Source of the DNA: Candidatus Uhrbacteria bacterium
GTDB lineage: Bacteria > Patescibacteriota > Patescibacteriia > UBA9934 > GWF2-40-263
Direction: 5' to 3'
NCBI GenBank assembly: GCA_903843045.1
Contig: CAIMOJ010000017.1
Coordinates: 1-54,038 of the forward strand
DNA length: 54,038 bases
Both the position numbers and the translations under genes were made by a program. Position 1 is the stretch's first letter. Each line of letters begins with the position of its first letter. Below, one piece after another: positions 18,933-27,506 of the stretch. A model generated the notes under the pieces. The model worked only from the letters and a program-made list of their open reading frames with translations, had not been told where the DNA came from and made no database searches.

Positions 18933-18980
18933 TCGCGACCGTCGCGGTCTTGTCCTCCGAAGCTCGCCGAGCAATGAGGA

Positions 18981-19026
18981 CTCTTTTCTCCAGCCGCCGA
19001 AATCCTCGGCGGCTGGATCCAAGGAG
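18981..19026 (+). promoter_or_regulatory. Conserved intergenic stem-loop element E7 (3' strand is SD AAGGAG)
   Basis: ctcttttctccagccgccga/tcggcggctggatccaaggag. Confidence 0.7.
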
Positions 19027-19031
19027 ATTGA

Positions 19032-20141
19032 ATGCCACGCTTCAGCAACGTCCTCTTCGTCGGAACCGGCGGGGGAAACGACATCTTCTCGACAGCGCTC
19101 GCGATGCTTTCGCTTCGCCGGGCAGGGTACGAGTGGGATTCCTGCTCCGTCGCGGGAGTGCTCAGCCCGTTCCATCGTTACCGCGGACTGACTCGAACGG
19201 AATGCAAGCACGTCGATTCCATTCCCGACCGGGAAATCAAGCGCATCGTGCCGTGCCTCGTGGACGTCATCGAGCTCGACATGGTCGAACGAACGGTCGC
19301 GTCGCTCGCCCGGGCCGAACGGGACCTGAACGTCGGCGCGGTCTACGGACTGTCGCTGACCGAGGGAACGAGCGGTCTGGAGGAAGCGTTCCGCTGGCTC
19401 GCGTCCACGCATGACTTCGTTGTGCTCGTGGACATCGGCGGCGACATCCTGTTCCGCGGGTTCGATACGGATCCGCGCGTGCTTTCCCCGATGTTCGACG
19501 CGATGGTCCTCGAGGCGTTCTGCGCGTCCGGAGCGCCGGGCATCCTGTTCGAGGCCGGCCCGGGAACGGACGGCGAGATCAGCCCCGGGTCGCTCAAGGA
19601 AACGCTCCTTGACCCGACGGTTCAGAGCTGTCCGCTCGCGGCGTCCGTCGTCGACGAATGGGATCGGCTGTTCCGAACGCACGTCGAACCCGTCCGTGCC
19701 GGCCGCACGGTCCCGAAGACCATCGAGGCATTCCGGTCCGAACGGCCATCGCTCACCCTCGACTACCGCGCGCGATGCCACCTTGGCAAGCGGCGCTGGT
19801 ACGCGACGTTTCCCCACGAGATCGACACGGCCCTGAACCGTTCCTTCTACCTCGTCCCTCCCAAGTGGGCGCGACGCCGCAACCCCTTCTGCGTTCCCTG
19901 CCGATCCGTTGAGGAATGGATCGGGATGACGCGGCAGCCGGGCTGCCATGTCAACGGGGAGTTCCAGTTCGAATATCTGACCGCGGACAGGAGCGTCTGG
20001 CTCCTTGCGCTCCCGTCCCCGCTGTTCACGCCCGACCAGCGGAAGGAGATGGTCGACGCGGCATTCGAGGACGCGCGCCGCGGCAACTGCCACGGCGTGA
20101 TCGTCGACGGCCCGGAAGGCCTGGTCTGCCGCACTTCGTGA
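19032..20141 (+). CDS. DUF1152-like protein
   Basis: GTGGGNDI, VDIGGDIL, GPGTDGE motifs. Confidence 0.7.
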   Translation: MPRFSNVLFVGTGGGNDIFSTALAMLSLRRAGYEWDSCSVAGVLSPFHRYRGLTRTECKHVDSIPDREIKRIVPCLVDVIELDMVERTVASLARAERDLNVGAVYGLSLTEGTSGLEEAFRWLASTHDFVVLVDIGGDILFRGFDTDPRVLSPMFDAMVLEAFCASGAPGILFEAGPGTDGEISPGSLKETLLDPTVQSCPLAASVVDEWDRLFRTHVEPVRAGRTVPKTIEAFRSERPSLTLDYRARCHLGKRRWYATFPHEIDTALNRSFYLVPPKWARRRNPFCVPCRSVEEWIGMTRQPGCHVNGEFQFEYLTADRSVWLLALPSPLFTPDQRKEMVDAAFEDARRGNCHGVIVDGPEGLVCRTS

Positions 20142-20155
20142 TCCGGCTCGGATCA

Positions 20156-20209
20156 CTCTTTTCTCCAGCCCTCGAGCGCATGTCGCGCTCGAGGGCTCGA
20201 AACGAAGAG
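20156..20209 (+). promoter_or_regulatory. Conserved intergenic stem-loop element E8
   Basis: ctcttttctccagccctcgagcgc/gcgctcgagggct..gaagag. Confidence 0.7.
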
Positions 20210-20233
20210 CACCTTACACTCGGAGAAAACAAC

Positions 20234-22270
20234 ATGGGAACCAAGCCCTACATCGTTCGCGGTCGCAGCAAGACGCTCGGGTTCGCCCGGGTCTCGCTCG
20301 CCACCTTCTGGACCAAGGCCATGGACGTGCCCGGCAACCTCACCAAGCACATCGAGATGGCATTCGCGGCCGAGGAGGCCGGCGCGCAGATCTGCGCGTT
20401 TCCGGAGCTCGGAATTTCCGGGTACAACTGCAAGCAGGCCTTTCGCGACCGCATGATCCAGGTTGCCTCGCTCGAGGCGCTTCGCACGTTCTGCGTGCGG
20501 ACGTCCTCGAGCCGGACCGTATTCGTGGTCGGACTGCCGCTCGCGCTGGAGAAGATCTTCAACGTGGCGGTGTTCGTGAGCCACGGCAAGGTCATCGCGA
20601 TCATGCCGAAGAGCTACCTCGCCGCGCGCGGCGAATGGCAGGAAGGCGACTACTTCTCCGCGGCCAAGGAGCTCTCGCAAACCGAGATCAAGCTCGACTG
20701 GCAGGAGGAGATGGTTCCGATCGGCACGGACATCCGCGTCCAGGTGCTCGACGAGAACGAACAGCCGCAGTTCGTGACCGCGGCGGAGATCTGCGAGGAC
20801 GGCTGGCAGAGCAACTCGCCCGGCGACCGTCACGCGCACAACGGCGCGCACGTCATTGCGAACCTGTCCGCGTCCAACTGGATCCTCGGCAAGGACAGCT
20901 GGAGGCGCGTGACGTTCCCGGCCAGCTCGGGTCGGCAGAAGTCGGTGTACCTCTATGCCACCGGCGCGGATTCCACCTCCTCCGTAGTGTGGGACCAGCA
21001 CTGCATGATCATCGAGGACGGCGCGATTCTCGGCGAGACCAAGCGCTGGACCGTTCCGCAGAAGGACCCGCCCGAGCTGCTCGTGCGCGACGTGGACATC
21101 GACAAGCTGATCCACGACCGCCAGGCCGACGGCGGCTGGAACGCGGCCGCGGAGGCCAACAGGCACCCGTACCGGGACGTCGTCACGCACGCGCGCGGCT
21201 ACGTCCCGAACGCGAAGGACTTTCGGCGCCCGCTCACGCGGCTGCCGTTCGTCCCCGCGGACCCGGCGGCCATGAAGCGCGTGGGCGAGGAGCTGTTCAA
21301 CGCCCTCACGCAGGGCCTGCTCGGCCGCGCGATCCACGTCACGGGAAGCATCGAGCGCCCGCTCGACGGCTACATGGGCCTGTCGGGAGGATTGGACTCG
21401 GCCCTCGCGTTCATCCTCTGCTGCGTCGGCTACGACCGCGCCGGCTGGAGCCGCACGCACATGTACGCGGTGCGGATGCCCGGCCCCGGGTCGAGCAAGC
21501 ACACCCAGAACGATTCGCTGCGGCTCGCGGAAGCCATGGGCGCGTCGATTGAGACCGTGGACATCACCGAGATGGCCGCTACCGACCTGCGCGCCACCGG
21601 CCACGAGCCGTGCTGGGACTGCGAGAAGTGCGAGAACGCGCAGGCCCGCGTCCGCACGCTCGTCCTCAAGACCTTCGGGTTCAACTGGGGAACAGGCGAC
21701 ATGGACGAGGGCGCGAAGGGCTGGTGCACCGAGGGCGGCGACCAGTCGAGCATGTGGCACGTCATCGCCAACATGCCGAAGACGCTGGTGCGGTTCCTGG
21801 TGCTCTACTTCATCGAGTACCTGGCAACCCCGGAGGAACGCAAGTCCCTCCGGAGCATCCTGCGCACGGTGATCTCTCCGGAGCTCCGCAAGCGCAAGCC
21901 CGGCCAGAAGGCGCAGGCGTCGGAAGACAAGATGGGGCCCTACGACCTCACCGGATTCTTCCTCTACCACATCCTCCGCACCGGCGGGGAACCGGAGCGC
22001 ATCGCGTTCCTCGCGGAAGTCGCGTTCGGACGCGCCGAGCGCTCCGTGAAGGACGCGATCTACGACCGCCGCATGATTCTGCGATGGCTCAGGGACTTCT
22101 ACGTGAAGTTCAACTGGTCGCAGTTCAAGCGCCAGACCGCGCCCGACTCGTCGCTCACCGGCTCGATCGGCCTCGGCCAGCACGACAAGCTCCGCTGGCC
22201 CACCGACGGCTCGTCCGTCGTCTGGTCAAACGAGTGCGACCGCCTCATCGCCGAGCTCGGCACGGCATGA
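20234..22270 (+). CDS. nadE: Glutamine-dependent NAD+ synthetase
   Basis: Nitrilase triad motifs FPEL/PKSYL/EICED; SGGLDS; ENAQAR; GTGD; SPEL. Confidence 0.93.
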   Translation: MGTKPYIVRGRSKTLGFARVSLATFWTKAMDVPGNLTKHIEMAFAAEEAGAQICAFPELGISGYNCKQAFRDRMIQVASLEALRTFCVRTSSSRTVFVVGLPLALEKIFNVAVFVSHGKVIAIMPKSYLAARGEWQEGDYFSAAKELSQTEIKLDWQEEMVPIGTDIRVQVLDENEQPQFVTAAEICEDGWQSNSPGDRHAHNGAHVIANLSASNWILGKDSWRRVTFPASSGRQKSVYLYATGADSTSSVVWDQHCMIIEDGAILGETKRWTVPQKDPPELLVRDVDIDKLIHDRQADGGWNAAAEANRHPYRDVVTHARGYVPNAKDFRRPLTRLPFVPADPAAMKRVGEELFNALTQGLLGRAIHVTGSIERPLDGYMGLSGGLDSALAFILCCVGYDRAGWSRTHMYAVRMPGPGSSKHTQNDSLRLAEAMGASIETVDITEMAATDLRATGHEPCWDCEKCENAQARVRTLVLKTFGFNWGTGDMDEGAKGWCTEGGDQSSMWHVIANMPKTLVRFLVLYFIEYLATPEERKSLRSILRTVISPELRKRKPGQKAQASEDKMGPYDLTGFFLYHILRTGGEPERIAFLAEVAFGRAERSVKDAIYDRRMILRWLRDFYVKFNWSQFKRQTAPDSSLTGSIGLGQHDKLRWPTDGSSVVWSNECDRLIAELGTA

Positions 22271-22278
22271 CCGCATCT

Positions 22279-22306
22279 CCCGCTTCGTCTCGAAGCGGGT
22301 TTTTCT
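22279..22306 (+). terminator. Terminator closing the NAD operon
   Basis: cccgcttcg/cgaagcggg plus TTTTTT. Confidence 0.8.
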
Positions 22307-22386
22307 ATGGGACGATTCGCCTCGTCGACTCGTTGACAGCCCTCCGCTCGCCTGCTACATTCCACCCGCTTCCAAGGTGGAATCTC

Positions 22387-22644
22387 ATGCGGATGAAAAT
22401 ATCTCTCCCGGTCCGTGGCCAGATCATCTCCGTCGGCAAGGAGGTCGCCGGATTCGCCCTCGCCATGGTCGTGCCCGCGCTTCTCGTGTACGCGATACCG
22501 TCGCTCGTTCCCGTATTCGTAATCCTCGCCCTGATCGGCGTCGTCGCCATCGTCAGCGAGCCGCGCGGACGTGTCCCCCCGCGGAACCCGTCCCCGCGAA
22601 AGATCATCAGGTTCGTGCGCAAGGTGCCCGAGGAGAAGTCATGA
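22387..22644 (+). CDS. Small membrane protein
   Basis: Long hydrophobic stretch; TTGACA-N17-TACATT promoter at 22333. Confidence 0.55.
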   Translation: MRMKISLPVRGQIISVGKEVAGFALAMVVPALLVYAIPSLVPVFVILALIGVVAIVSEPRGRVPPRNPSPRKIIRFVRKVPEEKS

Positions 22645-23207
22645 ACGCGCTCTGGGAAAAGTACGCGGCGGACCGCGAAACGCGCATGTCGTTCAACGCC
22701 GGAACGTGGACAAGCGTGGTTGAGCGGCGCAACGAGATGCTCTCGCGATGCTATCCGAACCCCGGTATCGACAAGGCGGACGTCGCGGCACGAATGGACT
22801 GCCTCAAGGCCGATCTCGTCGAGGCGACCCACACGCTTTCGTCCGTCCGCAGGAACCAGCTCCCGGTCGCGCTCACCGCGACGACGAAAGCCGTCTCGGA
22901 GCCCCGGGATATCGACCGCGCGTTCCGCGCGCTCGTCGACGCGATCGCGAAGGCGTCGCTCGCGACCGACCTGCGCCGGGCCGAAACCTGGCTCCGCGAC
23001 CGCAAGCGCCCGTGCCCGACCAACACGGACCTCACCTGGCTCGCCGTCTCGGAACTCAACGCGAACCGCGCGGACGGACAGCTCCCGCCCATTCTCGTTC
23101 TCCCGAACTACAACCAGCTCTACAACCCGCTGTTCGTCCACGCCGGAACCGGCTCGATCCACGACCACGCCGTCGCCGAGTTCCTGAGACTCCTCTTCAG
23201 CCGCTGA
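22641..23207 (+). CDS. Hypothetical protein
   Basis: ATGA overlap with the upstream gene; GAGGAG RBS. Confidence 0.6.
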   Translation: MNALWEKYAADRETRMSFNAGTWTSVVERRNEMLSRCYPNPGIDKADVAARMDCLKADLVEATHTLSSVRRNQLPVALTATTKAVSEPRDIDRAFRALVDAIAKASLATDLRRAETWLRDRKRPCPTNTDLTWLAVSELNANRADGQLPPILVLPNYNQLYNPLFVHAGTGSIHDHAVAEFLRLLFSR

Positions 23208-23277
23208 GCAACGCTTCGCGGTATTTTTTTCGCATGGCATGCAAGACCTACCGGAAGTTTTTTGTGGCGGCCGCCAC

Positions 23278-23512
23278 ACGGCGTTACTTTCTTTCCGCGG
23301 AGAAAGAAAGTAACCAAAGAAAGCCGCCGCCCGGTCTCCATGGCGGGATGGGACGCAAAACCTGGCCTCGGCTGCGGAACTCGCTAGCTGCGCCAGACGC
23401 AAACCCCTGACGCGCCGCTTCGCTCAGGCAATCCTCGCCCGTCCTGACCGACCCGGCCAAGTTTTACGTCCCATCTCCCATCCGCCATTCCGACAGGGCG
23501 GGTTGACCGGGC
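23278..23512 (+). repeat. Structured REP/MITE-like repeat (GTTACTTTC...GAAAGTAACCAAAGA type), copy A
   Basis: Homologous to the reverse complement of 23627-23870 with compensatory stem changes. Confidence 0.8.
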
Positions 23513-23559
23513 GGTGTTTGCGCAATTGTTTGTGGCTGATGCCGTTTATTTTTCCATGT

Positions 23560-23596
23560 TCCCCCTCCTGATAGGCAGGAGGGGTCAGGGGTGGTC
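23560..23596. repeat. REP-like hairpin ccccctcctg..caggagggg..ggggtgg
   Basis: Short GC palindrome between repeat copies A and B. Confidence 0.5.
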
Positions 23597-23626
23597 GTCG
23601 CGCCGTAAAATCAAGGAGACTTCCAT

Positions 23627-23870
23627 CCGGTCAGCCGCCCTGCCGGAGCGACCCAGCCAGGACGTGAAAATCTGACGGCGGCCTCAGCCGGGCGAGGATT
23701 GTCTGAGCGTACGAGCCCGCAGGCGAGAAGCGAGTTCCGCAGCGAGTCAGATTTTTACGTCCTGGCGCAGGAGCGGATGGCCGGGCGGTAGCGGCTCTCT
23801 TTGGTTACTTTCTCTGCCCGCCCTACAGAGAAAGTAACGCGGGTGCAGGGCGCAGCGCCTGCGGCAAACA
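23627..23870 (-). repeat. Structured REP/MITE-like repeat, copy B
   Basis: Inverted relative to copy A; close to 31010-31245. Confidence 0.8.
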
Positions 23871-23959
23871 ATCTTCCGCCGACCATGTTTCCATTGACAA
23901 AACAAGGAATTTCCGCTATACTTCGCCCCTCCAGATTTTTCCCTGGAGCAGGAGTACCC

Positions 23960-24949
23960 ATGGCTCTTTTGCCAACAGAACTGCAGGATTTTGAAGAAGC
24001 CCTCACCGCGGAACCGAGCATACCGACCGCAAACGCGATCCCGACCATCTACTCGCTGTACTACCCGGAAGTCCGGGCAACGGTCGAGGAGCTCTGGGCG
24101 TCGGAACCCCACCTGCTGTACGAGCGGGCGTTCAACAAGGGCCAGGAGAAGCTCCCCGGCCTGTTCCTCGACGCATGGCGCGCATGGACCACCGTCGAGC
24201 TCGGCGACGCGTTCCCGCACGGGTACGCCACGGCCGGTGCCTCCGAGGCGCTGCGCGAACTCATCATGCCGGGCATCCGCGTGAACACGTTCGAGGGCGA
24301 CTACGAGGGGTTCTGGCGGCTGGCGGACGACCGCGGCATCGAGCGTCGAATCCATCCGCGCGAAGGATGCCTCACCGCGTCGTACGACGCGCGCGACGTC
24401 TTCTTCGTGTCCGACCCGTCATCCATCGACGGCGATCACTGGGACGGGCTCGACCTTTGGCTGAAGATGATGCGCGAGGTTAATCCGACGATCCGCGTCG
24501 TCATCGACGTCACGTACGTCGGCGCGACGAAGGCCAGCCGCGTCCGGGACTTCGCCAAGCACCCGAACGTGACGGCCGTCGTCTTCTCCCTCTCGAAGCC
24601 GTTCGGCGTGTACTACCACCGCATCGGCGGCGTGTTCAGCCGCAAGCCAATCCCCGTGCTCGAGCACGGCAACAAGTGGTTCGTGAACCCGTTCTCGCTC
24701 GCCCTCGGCACGATGCTCATGCGTCGCTTCCTGCCCGGCGAGCTCCCGCGGCGATACGCGCACGTCCAGGAGCGTGTCCTCGCCGGCGCGATCGAGCAGG
24801 GAATCGTCCCCGCGTCCGCGAAGGCGGGAAACGTGCTCCTCTTCGGGATCGGCCCCGAGGGCGACGCCCGCACCCGCCGCGCCGACGGCGCCTACCGCTT
24901 CTGCCTCACACCCGGCATTTACCGCAACTTGCACGGAGAATCGAAATGA
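23960..24949 (+). CDS. PLP-dependent aminotransferase class I/II-like enzyme
   Basis: TAGASEAL, YEGF, IDVTYVG, FSLSKPFGVYYHRIG (PLP lysine); TTGACA-N17-TATACT promoter at 23894. Confidence 0.8.
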   Translation: MALLPTELQDFEEALTAEPSIPTANAIPTIYSLYYPEVRATVEELWASEPHLLYERAFNKGQEKLPGLFLDAWRAWTTVELGDAFPHGYATAGASEALRELIMPGIRVNTFEGDYEGFWRLADDRGIERRIHPREGCLTASYDARDVFFVSDPSSIDGDHWDGLDLWLKMMREVNPTIRVVIDVTYVGATKASRVRDFAKHPNVTAVVFSLSKPFGVYYHRIGGVFSRKPIPVLEHGNKWFVNPFSLALGTMLMRRFLPGELPRRYAHVQERVLAGAIEQGIVPASAKAGNVLLFGIGPEGDARTRRADGAYRFCLTPGIYRNLHGESK

Positions 24950-25788
24950 ACCTGCGTTCCACGATCGTCGCGCAACGTCCGCTCGACCTCATCAAGACCG
25001 ACGAGCAACGCCATGACCGGCGCATGCGCGAGATGGACGCGGCCCTCGGCGTGGTCCTCACGAGCGACGACCCCGCCCTCGACGCGCACGGGCACTTCCC
25101 GACGTACTTCGGCATCGTGCCGGTGCGAAGGCGGTACGCGCCGCAGCCGGTCCTTTCCGACCTGTTCACGCGGCACGAGCTGTGCCACACGGCGCGGTTC
25201 CGCGAGGGATACGGCCGGGCAAAGAACTTCCAGGACTGGACGCGCCGCATGGTGCGGATCGAGCTGGAGGCCAGCCTCGACAGCGAGTGCTACGTCTATC
25301 TCGACATCCCGTCGCTGCGCCCGCGCACGTTCGGACACGAGATCTGGATGGACCGGTTCATCGGGCCGGAAACGCGCGAAGACGGCATCGGAATCATGCG
25401 GCTGATCCGCCTCTCCCTCCTCTCATCGAGGACGGGCCGCGCATGGATCCGGCGCCAGCGGCTACGCGCCCTGAACGCGCCGGACTTCGACGACTACGTC
25501 GAGCACCAGATCTGGAACTACGGCCAACAAAACATGAAGTGGTGCGCCGCCTGGGGTCGTCCCGTCGGATACGGCCCGTTCTCACGCCTCCCGGCATGGC
25601 GCGTCGTGGAAGACCACATGTCCGCGCTCCGACCGGGCAGCGACGGCTGGGTCGACCGCCACCGCGACTGGCTCGAGCGCGTCACCGACCCGGCGACCGG
25701 CATCCCGTTCCAGGCCCAGGCGTCCGCCTTCTCGCCCATCTACGAGCAGTCGTCCCGCGACTTCGGAAACGACGTGCTTGCGTCGTGA
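24946..25788 (+). CDS. Hypothetical protein with HExxH motif
   Basis: HELCH...ELEASLDSE; ATGA overlap with the PLP enzyme gene. Confidence 0.65.
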   Translation: MNLRSTIVAQRPLDLIKTDEQRHDRRMREMDAALGVVLTSDDPALDAHGHFPTYFGIVPVRRRYAPQPVLSDLFTRHELCHTARFREGYGRAKNFQDWTRRMVRIELEASLDSECYVYLDIPSLRPRTFGHEIWMDRFIGPETREDGIGIMRLIRLSLLSSRTGRAWIRRQRLRALNAPDFDDYVEHQIWNYGQQNMKWCAAWGRPVGYGPFSRLPAWRVVEDHMSALRPGSDGWVDRHRDWLERVTDPATGIPFQAQASAFSPIYEQSSRDFGNDVLAS

Positions 25789-25840
25789 TCCTTGGCCCTG
25801 ACCGTCACTTGTGTGGCGGTCATTTTTTTGTAAGACGATG

Positions 25841-25968
25841 ACGGTTTTGGTACGGAGTTCGGATCGTACGGAATTACTGAACTGCGGATATACGGAGTTT
25901 GCCGTGCACCATCCGTCACATCCGTAGTTCTGGACATCCGTACGATCCGAACTCCGTACCAAAACCGT
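25841..25968. repeat. Palindromic CGGA/TCCG element, copy 3
   Basis: Perfect 32-bp terminal inverted repeat acggttttggtacggagttcggatcgtacgga; 8-bp periodic core. Confidence 0.92.
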
Positions 25969-26104
25969 TTCCGTACCCTTGACTTTTATCCCCACCCCCC
26001 CTATCCTTCCCTCACGCCAACGACGACCGGCCGCTGCCAATCCTGGCACGGACGGGCAATCGCAAACGTAGAACCAGGAGGACCGAATCCTCCAAGGAAG
26101 TCAG

Positions 26105-27295
26105 ATGGACGATACCGAAAGAAACAGGCTGGACGGGGCGATCCTGGAGGCGGCAAAGCCGTACGAGGCGTTCGTCGACGCGGTTTGCGCGCACGCGAAG
26201 GACGCGTTCCGGCGCGGCGCCAAGCAGGTGCGCATCGTCTTCTACCCGCAGGGCGGCATGTCGATTTCCGACGACGGCCGCGAGCTCACGGAGAAGCAGC
26301 TCCTTGCGATGACGACGCTGCGCGAGAACAAGTTCAAGTCCGCGCACGAGCGGCTCGGCCTCGCGTTCGTGCCGCACGCCGCGTGGCTCGAGGTGTTCAG
26401 CGGGTCGCGCAGGAACCAGACCCGGCTTCCGAGCACGGAGGGGTTCTGCCAGATGTCGGACAAGGTGCAGCACACCGGCAGCGTCACCGCCATGTTCCAC
26501 GAGATGAGCGGCGGACGCCACGCCGGTACCGTCCTCCAGCTGCTCCCGTCGAAGCTCAGCCGGCCCCAGGCCGCGCGCGTGACCGTCGTCGACGCGTGCG
26601 GCATCGAGTGGAAGCTCGGGAAGGCCGGCCCGGACGTCGTTGCCGAGCGAGAGGTCCATCTCCGGACAGAGTTCAGAACGGGAAGGCCGATCGGCCGGGA
26701 ACACCCGCTCATGCTCCAAGTCGGCTTGGTGAACGCGCCGTTGCGCGAGGTCCTTCTGAGACGAGCTTCCCACTGGAACGACGCAGGGGTTGAGGCGTTC
26801 GCGCCACTCCGGTCTCCGTGGCTGACCGGGGAAATCCTTGTCACCCGCAAGGACTCGGCGCGGGAGTTCCAGACCAACGCGCGGGAGTTTCCGCCGGATG
26901 CGTACGAGGACGGGACGGTGGACGCGATCCTCGGCGCGATCGACAGATCCAACGCGAACATGCGCGCGCACGACGCGATCGCGGTGATCGCCGCGGACGT
27001 CTGTCGACGCGCGATCGAGATCCCGCTCGTGATCCGTGGCACGCCCTACCGCGTCGAACTGCTCAAATACGGCCGGGGCACCTGGCCCGTCAGGCTCGTG
27101 GAACACTCGCGCGAATCGGAGACCCGCCAGATCCAGTTCGACCCGATGCACCCGATCTTCCAGGTCAACGCCAACCCCGCCGCCATCCTCGAGCGCCTGC
27201 TCTGGTGCGTCACGGACCTCATCCGCGGCGACGTCCCCGCGCAGGTGATCTACCTCGAGCTCCGCGCCGCCATCGACGCCACGAGGAAGCACTGA
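26105..27295 (+). CDS. Degenerate GHKL/MORC-like protein, paralog B
   Basis: DAVCAHAKDAFRRGAKQVRI..ISDDGREL, SPWLTGEI, FDPMHPIF; colinear with 7933-9186. Confidence 0.6.
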   Translation: MDDTERNRLDGAILEAAKPYEAFVDAVCAHAKDAFRRGAKQVRIVFYPQGGMSISDDGRELTEKQLLAMTTLRENKFKSAHERLGLAFVPHAAWLEVFSGSRRNQTRLPSTEGFCQMSDKVQHTGSVTAMFHEMSGGRHAGTVLQLLPSKLSRPQAARVTVVDACGIEWKLGKAGPDVVAEREVHLRTEFRTGRPIGREHPLMLQVGLVNAPLREVLLRRASHWNDAGVEAFAPLRSPWLTGEILVTRKDSAREFQTNAREFPPDAYEDGTVDAILGAIDRSNANMRAHDAIAVIAADVCRRAIEIPLVIRGTPYRVELLKYGRGTWPVRLVEHSRESETRQIQFDPMHPIFQVNANPAAILERLLWCVTDLIRGDVPAQVIYLELRAAIDATRKH

Positions 27296-27328
27296 CCGTC
27301 ACTGAGGTGACGGTTCTTTTTTTACGAA

Positions 27329-27457
27329 ACGGTTTTTGTACGGAGTTCGGATCGTACGGAATTACTGAACTGCGGATATACGGACTTTGACGCGTACCCG
27401 TCCGTCACATCCGAAGTTCCGGACATCCGTACGATCCGAACTCCGTACCAAAACCGT
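27329..27457. repeat. Palindromic CGGA/TCCG element, copy 4
   Basis: 32-bp terminal inverted repeat (1 mismatch); core nearly identical to copy 3. Confidence 0.92.
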
Positions 27458-27506
27458 CATCGATTTACAAAAAAAACGACCGTCATTCGCATGACGGTCG
27501 AGAGCG

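Noticed and set aside
11165-20209. TTTTCTCCAG as a spliceosomal 3' acceptor, or the elements as integron attC sites
   Set aside because: Bacterial context with intact ORFs; no RYYYAAC/GTTRRRY ends and no integrase in the window
7632-27457. CGGA arrays as CRISPR arrays
   Set aside because: No constant repeat with unique spacers and no cas genes
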